This document shows, one piece after another, positions 16,807-23,785 of a DNA stretch of 24,000 nucleotides. Positions within the stretch are counted from its first letter, which is position 1. Every line of letters starts with the position of its first letter. The DNA is taken from the NCBI RefSeq assembly GCF_035552695.1, contig NZ_DASZKT010000180.1:4536-28535 (forward strand), read 5' to 3'. The position numbers and the translations under genes were made by a program. Source of the DNA: Actinospica sp. Lineage in GTDB: Bacteria > Actinomycetota > Actinomycetes > Streptomycetales > Catenulisporaceae. The notes under the pieces are model-generated. The model was not told the DNA's origin and searched no databases. It was given only the letters and a program-made list of their open reading frames with translations.

Positions 16807-16842
16807 TCGCCCTCAACGATCACCCCGTCATCGAGCGCCCGG

Positions 16843-17784
16843 CTACTTCGGCTGCTTACGTGACGAGGCGCGTTGCGCATTCAGGTGGTTGGCGAAGAAG
16901 TCGGTCAGTTTGGTGAGCGCGGTTGGTACGTACTGCTTCCTGTCGTAGAGGTCGACGTGTGTCGCACCATCGACCCAGTAGAGCTCCTTGGGCTCCCGGG
17001 CTTTCTCGATCGCTTCTTGGCTGAGGTAGGCGGTGGCCGCCCGGGTGCCGACGATCATCAGTAGCGGTCGCGGCGCGATCAGCGCGATGGTTTCGAAGGC
17101 TGTGAACTGTGCGATCAGGTCGATGCTGCGGAGCACGAAGAAGTTCTCCGACCGCGGGTGCCCGCCACGCGCTGTCCGGTAGTACTCCCACCCGTCGTAC
17201 GTGTGCTGGCCGAGGGCTCGGGCCTGCTCCTCGGTGTCCGGGTGGATCTGCGCCAACCGGGGCGCGGCGCCTCGAGCTTCCTCGTCACGCGCGGCGCCGG
17301 CCGCGTCGAGCATGCCCTGCAGGATCGCCGGGTCCTGCGTGCGCCCGACACCTCTGCGGAACAACTCGCCCGTGTCGACGGCGCTGACCGTGGCGACGGC
17401 CTTGATCCGGTGATCGGTCGCCGCGGCCGGGGCGAGGTAGCCGCCGGAGGCGCAGATCCCGAGCGCGCCCATGCGCTCGGGGTCCACCTCCTCGCGCAGG
17501 CTCAGGAAGGTGACGGCGGCCTTGATGTCCTCCGATCGGTGGGCCGGATCCTCCAGCAGGTGCGGCGAGCCTTCGCTCTCGCCCTGGTAGGCGGCGTCGA
17601 AGGCCAGCGTCACGAACCCCGCGCGCGCCAGTTGTTCGGCGTACAGGCCGGCGGCCTGCTCCTTCACGGCGCTCATGGGATGGCTCACGACGATCGCGGG
17701 CCAAGGCCCCCCGGCGTTCTCAGGGGTGTAGAGGTGTCCGGCGAGGTTCAGTCCGGCGCTGGGAAATGTGACATTCGTCAGCAT
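16843..17784 (-). CDS. Alpha/beta hydrolase (dienelactone-hydrolase-like)
   Basis: The start is ATG 17784 (GGAGAA upstream), giving MLTNVTFPSAGLNLAGHLYTPENAGGPWPAIVVSHPMSAVKEQ. The nucleophile-elbow region is MGALGICASGGY and the C-terminal region is WVDGATHVDLYD (His region). The track's extra 28 N-terminal codons are discounted. Confidence 0.85.
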   Translation of the reverse strand: MLTNVTFPSAGLNLAGHLYTPENAGGPWPAIVVSHPMSAVKEQAAGLYAEQLARAGFVTLAFDAAYQGESEGSPHLLEDPAHRSEDIKAAVTFLSLREEVDPERMGALGICASGGYLAPAAATDHRIKAVATVSAVDTGELFRRGVGRTQDPAILQGMLDAAGAARDEEARGAAPRLAQIHPDTEEQARALGQHTYDGWEYYRTARGGHPRSENFFVLRSIDLIAQFTAFETIALIAPRPLLMIVGTRAATAYLSQEAIEKAREPKELYWVDGATHVDLYDRKQYVPTALTKLTDFFANHLNAQRASSRKQPK

Positions 17785-17963
17785 GGTGTGTTCTCCGCTC
17801 GCAGATGGGGGATGGGCCCGCCGTGTCGTGGGTTTCGGCGACCGCTGTTGACCATCGATCACCTTCACCAGCGTGGTCGGCCATGCCCCGGCGTACCAGG
17901 GAGGGTGTTGCCTAGGCAGGCCAGTACCAGGCGCGCGGCCGTGGCGGGACGGATACTCGAGTC

Positions 17964-18875
17964 ATGACGGTCGGCGGCGTTTCCTCTCCCGGCAGTGAGC
18001 TGGGCGAATTCCTGCGTGCCCGCCGCGGCGCGCTCGACCCGAGCCGGGCGGGGCTGGTGGATGACGGCCGCCTGCGCCGCGTGCCGGGCCTGCGCCGCGA
18101 GGAACTGGCCCAGTTGGCGCACGTGAGCCCGGACTACGTCGTGCGCCTGGAGCAGGGCAGGACCCGCCGGGTCTCCCGGGCGGTCTTGGACGCGCTCGCG
18201 GATGCCCTGGAGCTCGCCCCTGACGAACGCTCTTACCTCTTCGCCCTGGCAGAGGTCACCGAGGCGGCCCCCGCCGGGCCCCCTGCCAGGCACCAGGTCG
18301 GCCGGCAACTGCGAGAACTGCTCGACGCCATGCGCGAGATCCCCGCGATGATCCTCGACTACCGCCACGAAGTACTCGCTTGGAACCGGGCGGCCGCAGC
18401 CCTGCTCACCGACTTCGGCGCGCTGCGCCCGGACGAGCGCAACCTGATCCGCCTCACCTTCCTTCACGGCCCTTACCGGGCTCTCTACGCCGATTGGGCG
18501 CGCTCTGCCCGGGAATGCGTGTCAGTGCTGCGCATGGAGACAGGACGCCACCCCGACGACCGGATCCTGAGCGCCCTGGTCGAGGAACTGAACGCGAAGG
18601 ACGCGGACTTCAAGACCTGGTGGAACGCCCGATCGGTCCGCGGACCCCGGCAACTGACCAAGACGTACAACCACCCCGTAGCCGGGCCACTCACCTTGGA
18701 CGTCCAGCAGTTGACCGTCGCAACGCAGCCGGACCAGTTTCTCGTCGCCTACACCACGCGGCCGGACTCCGGGTCCGAACAGGCCCTGCGCTTCCTGCTT
18801 CAGTGGTCCGACCACGCCGGCGAGCGGATCATTCCCGACAGCTACAGAACCGCGCACCGCCAACCCGACCGCTGA
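17964..18875 (+). CDS. MmyB-like XRE-family transcriptional regulator (HTH plus MmyB ligand-binding domain)
   Basis: The N-terminus reads LGEFLRARRGALDPSRAGLVDDGRLRRVPGLRREELAQLAHVSPDYVVRLEQGRTRRVSRAVLDALADALEL. The C-terminal region reads FKTWWNARSVRG...YNHPVAGPLTLDVQQLTV...DQFLVAYTTRPDSGSEQALRFL. It is divergent from the hydrolase gene. Confidence 0.9.
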   Translation: MTVGGVSSPGSELGEFLRARRGALDPSRAGLVDDGRLRRVPGLRREELAQLAHVSPDYVVRLEQGRTRRVSRAVLDALADALELAPDERSYLFALAEVTEAAPAGPPARHQVGRQLRELLDAMREIPAMILDYRHEVLAWNRAAAALLTDFGALRPDERNLIRLTFLHGPYRALYADWARSARECVSVLRMETGRHPDDRILSALVEELNAKDADFKTWWNARSVRGPRQLTKTYNHPVAGPLTLDVQQLTVATQPDQFLVAYTTRPDSGSEQALRFLLQWSDHAGERIIPDSYRTAHRQPDR

Positions 18876-19042
18876 TCCCCGAGGAAAGTGCAAGAACCGT
18901 AAGAAGCCGTAGCGAGCAACAGCGCGACGCAGGCAACATTCGCGCCACAGCCTGGGAGCAGCCGTGGTGGACCTTCACCAGCGGCGATCACGGCATCGTT
19001 CCTGTACGGTGACAGACGGGACGATGGAGAAGAGGTCGGACG

Positions 19043-19297
19043 ATGAAGCTGAAGCTCGACCTGCATGACATCTACGACAAGGGCATCGAGATCGATCGTG
19101 CCCTTGACGACATCATGGCTGAAGCCGTCGCGAAGAAAGCCCCGCTGGTCGAGATCATTCCCGGCAAGGGCTCGGGGCAGTTGAAGAAGCGCGTGCTTCG
19201 CTACCTCGACCGCAAGGACGTCAAGGCCCTGTATCACCGGGTGGAGAAGGACTCGAACAACTTCGGCCGGGTATTCGTCCACTTCCGGCACAAGTGA
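19043..19297 (+). CDS. Stand-alone Smr (small MutS-related) domain protein, 84 aa
   Basis: The protein is MKLKLDLHDIYDKGIEIDRALDDIMAEAVAKKAPLVEIIPGKGSGQLKKRVLRYLDRKDVKALYHRVEKDSNNFGRVFVHFRHK. It matches the Smr layout (LDLHG-type start, I-I-H-G-K-G-type loop, GG-xG-x-V-x-L-type end). GAGAAGAGG lies upstream of the ATG. Confidence 0.8.
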   Translation: MKLKLDLHDIYDKGIEIDRALDDIMAEAVAKKAPLVEIIPGKGSGQLKKRVLRYLDRKDVKALYHRVEKDSNNFGRVFVHFRHK

Positions 19298-19333
19298 GCG
19301 TCGAGGCGTTCTGCCACTCGCTACGCGCGCTCC

Positions 19334-19351
19334 CGGCCCGTGATCGGGCCG
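19334..19351. terminator. Short GC hairpin between convergent genes
   Basis: CGGCCCG, loop TGAT, CGGGCCG: a 7-bp stem with a 4-nt loop. It lies between the Smr stop (19297) and the stop of the decayed oxidoreductase (19392). There is no U-tract. Confidence 0.3.
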
Positions 19352-19391
19352 CAGCCATTCGGGGGAAGACCTCGATGCCGCGTGCCGGCGG

Positions 19392-20489
19392 TCAGATGTC
19401 CAGGACCACGTCGGTGGGCGGGGTGGAGCAGCAGATGAGCGCACTGCCGTCGGCGGGGAGTTCTACCGGCTCGGGGGAGTAGTCGACGTGCCCTGCGAGC
19501 AGTGCGGTCTCGCACGTGTGGCAGACCCCGGTGCGGCACGACCAGCGCACGGGCACGTCGCATGCCTCGGCGAGTTCGAGCAGCGTCCCGTGGCGCGGGT
19601 TCCAGGGGACGGTCAGGCCGCTGCGGGCGAAGGATACGGAGGGCCCGGGTTCCCGGTGGCGGCATGGGCTGGCTGGTGAGGTGCCCGAATCGGTTCCGCC
19701 AGCACGCGGGGGGTTCGTGGCGGCCATCGCTCCGAAGACCTCGGTGTGGATCCTGGAGGACGCCAGGCCGCAGCCCCCCAGGGCGGCGGTCATGTCCCGC
19801 ATGAACCCGGCCGGTCGCCAAATGTAGGCGTCAGCGTCCTGAGGCGGTTCGAGTTCGCGGATTCGCTCGAGGTCGAGGCGCCCGCTCAGGGCGTAGTCGA
19901 TACCCGGGGCCGGTCAACGCTGCGCGGTTGGCTGTGGAAGATGAGCGACCGGCCCGCCGGCAGCCGCGCGAGGAGCTCACGCGCTTCTTCGGCGATTGGG
20001 TGGTTCTCATCTCCCGCGCGCACCAGGCCCTCCGTGAGAACACGCATATAAAAGCCCGGGCGATGGTGAGACACGAGCAGCGCGGCCATCTGCGGTTCCC
20101 CGAGCCGCAACCCCACGCGGTAGCACGTGACACGCGGTTGGGTGACCTCGAATACGGCCTCGCCGATCCGGTAGCGGTCGCCGATGCGCACCTCGTCGTC
20201 GGCGAGCCCGTCCACGGTGAAGTTCTCGCCGAACTGGCCGTAGCTGAAGTCGTCCCGCTTCAGCTGCTCCCGCCAGTAGCTGTAGGCATCCAATTGGTAG
20301 ACCAGCACGGCGCGCTGCTCGCCGCCGTGCCCGGAGAGGTCGCCCTGCCCGTCGCCGTCCAGATTCATTCAGCCGCCGCGCCATCACGGGCGCGGCGACG
20401 GGCTGCTTCCAGATACCCGTGTGGACGATCTTGCCGTGCCAGGCGACGTCCTTCGGCAGCCCGACGTTCACGGAGGCCAGCGCGGCCAT
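19392..20489 (-). pseudogene. Decayed MOSC domain / ferredoxin-reductase-like / 2Fe-2S fusion oxidoreductase
   Basis: There are three collinear pieces in different frames. The YiiM-type N-terminus MAALASVNVGLPKDVAWHGKIVHTGIWKQPVAAPVMARRLN starts at 20489. The MOSC core LDGDGQGDLSGHGGEQRAVLVYQ...HHRPGFYMRVLTEGLVRAGD is the second piece. The NAD-domain tail plus ferredoxin GIDYALSGRLDLE...AGFMRDMTAAL...RIHTEVFG...RWSCRTGVCHTCETALLAGHVDY...ALICCS runs to 19392. Details are in the findings. Confidence 0.8.
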
Positions 20490-20495
20490 CCGGGT

Positions 20496-21068
20496 CTACT
20501 CGCCCTGCTTGTACGGGTAGTGCCGTGAATGGTCGCCCTTATCCCAGGCGGCGCGCAGTTCGGGGAGGGTCGGGTCCCAATCGGGGCGGATCTCGCGTGT
20601 CACTTCGCGCAAGTCGCGGCGAAGGTCCTCGACCGACGGGCGGCCCCAGTACCAGTAGCCGTTGTAGATGCTGTGCACGACCAGACCCGGCTTGAGCACC
20701 AGGGTGTGCGGGACCATCGGGTCGTGGGTGGGGTCGGTGTACTCCTGGATGTCCAGGTCCTTCTGGACCTTGCGGCCCGCGTCCGACAGAAAGGTCCACT
20801 GCGCCCCGACCGAGGCGCGGAACTCGTTGATTTCGAAGATGTTGTCGGTGGCGATCGTGACGATCTGCGTGTACGCGACTGCGATCTCCGGATAGTGCGC
20901 CGCCAGACGCAGATGCTGCTGGTGATCCTTGGGGCAGAAGTGCCCGCGGGATAGCAGCAGGATCATGGGATCACCGCCCTGGAGTTCGCTCAGGCGGCGC
21001 CGGGTCTTGGCGTGGTCGGTCAGTTCGTAGTCGGGAAACACCGCACCGGGCACGATATCGGCACGCAT
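20496..21068 (-). CDS. Redoxin / AhpC-TSA (peroxiredoxin-like, thioredoxin-fold) family protein
   Basis: ATG 21068 (GGAG upstream) gives MRADIVPGAVFPDYELTDHAKTRRRLSELQGGDPMILLLSRGHFCPKDHQQH...TFLSDAGRKVQKDL...HTLVLKPGLVVHSIYNGYWYWGRPS, 190 aa. Its stop lies 6 nt before the MOSC relic start, so the two formerly formed an operon. Confidence 0.8.
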   Translation of the reverse strand: MRADIVPGAVFPDYELTDHAKTRRRLSELQGGDPMILLLSRGHFCPKDHQQHLRLAAHYPEIAVAYTQIVTIATDNIFEINEFRASVGAQWTFLSDAGRKVQKDLDIQEYTDPTHDPMVPHTLVLKPGLVVHSIYNGYWYWGRPSVEDLRRDLREVTREIRPDWDPTLPELRAAWDKGDHSRHYPYKQGE

Positions 21069-21212
21069 GGGGCAACTCCGTCTCCGGGCGTGGCCCTGGG
21101 TCGTCGGGGAACTCTCACGTCTACCAGGCTGCCTCCGCCGCACCGGTTGCGCCACAAGGCCGGCTCCGTCGGGCGGCGATCCGGTCGAGACGCACCTCGT
21201 GGAGGCCGGCTC

Positions 21213-21251
21213 TTGACCCGCCGCCTATCCGTAAGTCTATACTTACCGTTC
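21213..21251 (+). promoter_or_regulatory. Candidate promoter with embedded palindromic operator for the ArsR-family gene
   Basis: TTGACC (21213-21218), a 19-nt spacer, then TATACT (21238-21243). The palindrome GTAAGT-CTAT-ACTTAC (21231-21246) spans the -10. The GTG start at 21252 lies 8 nt after the -10, which implies a leaderless or near-leaderless mRNA. Confidence 0.4.
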
Positions 21252-21581
21252 GTGGACACTTACCAATCCGGCGACGCCCTGGGCGCGCTGGGCGACCCTA
21301 CGAGGCGCGCGATCATCGCGTGCCTGGCCGAGCGGCCACGCGCGGTCGGTGAACTGGCCGACGAACTGCCGGTCAGCAGGCCTGCGGTCTCGCAGCATCT
21401 GAAGGTGCTCAAGGGGGCGGGTCTGGTCACCGAGCGCGCGGTGGGAACCCGTCGCATTTACCGGCTCAATCCGGCCGGGGTGGCCGCGCTGCGCGATCAG
21501 CTCGAGACGTTCTGGGTCCGGGCGCTGGCCAACTACCAGGACTTCGTCGAACAACCAGATCAGGAAGTGGACAAGCCATGA
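21252..21581 (+). CDS. ArsR/SmtB family metalloregulator-type transcriptional regulator
   Basis: From GTG 21252 it reads VDTYQSGDALGALGDPTRRAIIACLAERPRAVGELADELPVSRPAVSQHLKVLKGAGLVTERAVGTRRIYRLNP, 109 aa. There is a 4-nt ATGA overlap with the next gene. Confidence 0.85.
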   Translation: MDTYQSGDALGALGDPTRRAIIACLAERPRAVGELADELPVSRPAVSQHLKVLKGAGLVTERAVGTRRIYRLNPAGVAALRDQLETFWVRALANYQDFVEQPDQEVDKP

Positions 21582-22060
21582 GCCAGGCAACGAGCACAGT
21601 GGTCCGCCGGCAGATCGTCGTCCAGGCGCCGATCGAGCGGGCTTTCGCCGTATTCACCGAGCGGTTCGGCGACTTCAAGCCGCCGGAACACAACCTGCTG
21701 AAGGCGCCGATCGCCGAGACGGTCTTCGAGCCCCGGGTCGGCGGGCACATCTACGACCGCGCCGTCGACGGCAGCGAGTGCCGCTGGGCGCGCATCCTCG
21801 CCTACCAGCCGCCGGACCGCGTCGTGTTCAGCTGGGACATCAGCCCGCAGTGGCAGATCGAGACCGAGCTGGAGAACACCAGCGAGGTCGAGGTCCGATT
21901 CATCGCCGAGGCTCCGGGGCGCACCCGGGTGGAGTTGGAGCATCGCAACATCGACCGGCACGGCCCGGGCTGGCAGGCCGTGGCCGACGGCGTCGGCAAC
22001 GACGCCGGATGGCCGCTGTACCTCTCCCGGTACGGCGCCCTGTTCGGCGAGGGCAGCTGA
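21578..22060 (+). CDS. SRPBCC family protein (AHSA1 / Activator of Hsp90 ATPase homologue 1-like)
   Basis: 160 aa, reading VVRRQIVVQAPIERAFAVFTERFGDFKPPEHN...VGGHIYDRAVDGSECRWARILAYQPPDRVVFSWDISPQW...EVRF. This is the classic partner gene of ArsR-family regulators in actinomycetes. Confidence 0.85.
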   Translation: MSQATSTVVRRQIVVQAPIERAFAVFTERFGDFKPPEHNLLKAPIAETVFEPRVGGHIYDRAVDGSECRWARILAYQPPDRVVFSWDISPQWQIETELENTSEVEVRFIAEAPGRTRVELEHRNIDRHGPGWQAVADGVGNDAGWPLYLSRYGALFGEGS

Positions 22061-22061
22061 C

Positions 22062-22220
22062 ATGCCGCCTGTCACCACGAGCACCGACGTGAACGGGTCG
22101 GCCCGAGAGGTCTTCGCATACGCCACCGACATTGGCCAACGCGTGGTTCTTGCGTACGAGCTCTGAGGACCTCGACGCCCAGCGATTAATCCGGCGACAA
22201 TCGGTGGCCATCCCGCGACA
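22062..22220 (+). pseudogene. Stub of a second SRPBCC-family gene (N-terminal about 25-50 codons only)
   Basis: The ATG at 22062 lies 1 nt after the previous stop. MPPVTTSTDVNGSAREVFAYATDIGQ... matches the N-terminal beta1-alpha1 of polyketide-cyclase/SRPBCC proteins. The frame stops at 22166, and nothing SRPBCC-like follows before the kinase gene at 22221. Confidence 0.35.
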
Positions 22221-22967
22221 ATGGCCGACGTGGCGGAAATCGAGGTCGTCGTCGCTCATAACGAGCGCGCGACCCTGCGTGTCGGCGACGTGTTCCTAAA
22301 GATCGACACTGATCAGAAGCGCACCGACGTCGAAGTCGAGGCGATGGCCATGGCGCCGATCCCGACTCCGGAAGTCCTCTGGCGCAAGGCGCCCGTGCTC
22401 GCGCTCGCCGCCCTCCCAGGAACGGCGCTCGGCCGCCTCGGCGAGCCGTCGACCGCGTCGCCTGCGGCATGGGCCGCTGCAGGCGCCGCCATACGGATGC
22501 TGCACGACGCGCCGCTGCCGCCGTGGCCCGGCCAGAGGCTCGAGGAGATCGCATCGCGGCTCGACGGCGAATGCGAGTGGCTCATCACGAACGGCGTGCT
22601 TCCGACCGAACTGGTGACGCACAACCGCCGCGTCGCCGAGGCTGCGCTCCGGCCGTGGACACCGGCGTTCACGCACGGCGACCTCCAGATCGCCCACGTA
22701 TTCGCCGACGGCGACGAGATCACCGGCGTGATCGACTGGTCCGAAGCCGGCCAGGGCGACGCCCTGTACGACCTCGCCACGTTGACGCTCGGGCACGAGG
22801 ATCACCTCGACGACGTCGTCGCCGGCTACGGCAGCGACGTCGACCTCGAGGTGATCCGCGCGTGGTGGTCGTTGCGAAGCCTGCTGGTGGTCCGCTGGCT
22901 GGTCGAGCACGGCTTCGACCCGTCCTCGCCGGGCTGCGAGGTCGACGTGCTGAGATCCCGTCTCTGA
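22221..22967 (+). CDS. Aminoglycoside phosphotransferase (APH) / phosphotransferase enzyme family protein
   Basis: 248 aa with a kinase-like core: LRVGDVFLKIDTD, catalytic loop FTHGDLQIAHVF and metal loop GVIDWSEAGQGDALYDLATL. The Asn usually found in H-G-D-x4-N is His here. Confidence 0.8.
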   Translation: MADVAEIEVVVAHNERATLRVGDVFLKIDTDQKRTDVEVEAMAMAPIPTPEVLWRKAPVLALAALPGTALGRLGEPSTASPAAWAAAGAAIRMLHDAPLPPWPGQRLEEIASRLDGECEWLITNGVLPTELVTHNRRVAEAALRPWTPAFTHGDLQIAHVFADGDEITGVIDWSEAGQGDALYDLATLTLGHEDHLDDVVAGYGSDVDLEVIRAWWSLRSLLVVRWLVEHGFDPSSPGCEVDVLRSRL

Positions 22968-22989
22968 GGCCGCCGGAGCCCGACGGCCG

Positions 22990-23620
22990 CTAGTGATCCG
23001 TCACGGACGAGGCCGCTAGTGAGGTAGCGGCTCGCACTGCGTCAATGCTCTGCCCCGGCTCGTCACCGACGAGTTGGGCGAGCATGGTCAGGGCGTGAGA
23101 GGAGGCGGAGTCGGGTGCGGTGGTATGGGTGATGGGGGTCTGGCCGGGCTGTTGCAGGGCGCGCAGCGTCTGCTGGGTGACGGTCAGTCGGCCGATCTGG
23201 GGGTGGTGTAGTTCGTATTCTGCGGTAGCGCACGCCTGGACGCGCTGGTCGGCCCATAGCGCGTGGAATTCGGTGCTGGCCATGGTCAGTCGGCCGATGA
23301 GTTTGGCGAGTGCGGGGTCTTCCGGGTGCGCACCGGCGGTCAGGCGCTGTCGGCGACAGGCCGCCTGCCGCGCGTGGCTGAACGCCGCCGCTTGGTGGCT
23401 CCCATCGGCCGGAGTGCCCTATTCGCCCGCACTCCGGAACCTGTCCCGACGATCTGAGTTCCGGCACGCGAGTGTGCTGGGCACGCCCCGCGAGTAGGTG
23501 ACGTCACTGACGTGATGCAGGGTTCCAGTACTCCACTCGCCGCGGACAAACCCGGCGCTGACCTCGGCATCAGCGACCGGCGAGAACAACACCCCGGCAG
23601 AACCCTGCCGCGGATCCTGG
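22990..23620 (-). pseudogene. Decayed MmyB-like regulator paralogue
   Basis: The C-terminal half is clear: HPEDPALAKLIGRLTMASTEFHALWADQRVQACATAEYELHHPQIGRLTVTQQTLRALQQPGQTPITHTTAPDSASSHALTMLAQL. The same frame continues upstream through an in-frame TAG (23421-23419) into a barely recognisable HTH remnant (GTLHHVSDVTYSRG, compared with QLAHVSPDYVVRLEQG in the intact paralogue). The distance between HTH and C-terminal motifs is about 60 residues shorter than in the intact copy. Confidence 0.5.
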
Positions 23621-23785
23621 CGGGCCTCGCCACCCTGGCCATCAGCCGCGATGAATCCTGAACGGAAGAGGCATGTCCAAATCCATGCCGCCCTTGGCCG
23701 GTGAAGCGGGCAGGTGACCCCGGATTTCGGCCGAGATCTTGCATGATCATGGCACTTTTTGCATTGATCGCTGTACGCTGGGTTC

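Noticed and set aside
19886-20368. 160-aa ORF as an independent small MOSC-domain gene starting MNLDGDG
   Set aside because: Its apparent start is an artefact of the 4-bp duplication. The true N-terminus (MAALASVNVGLPKDVAWHGK...) lies upstream in another frame, so it is a fragment of a pseudogene.
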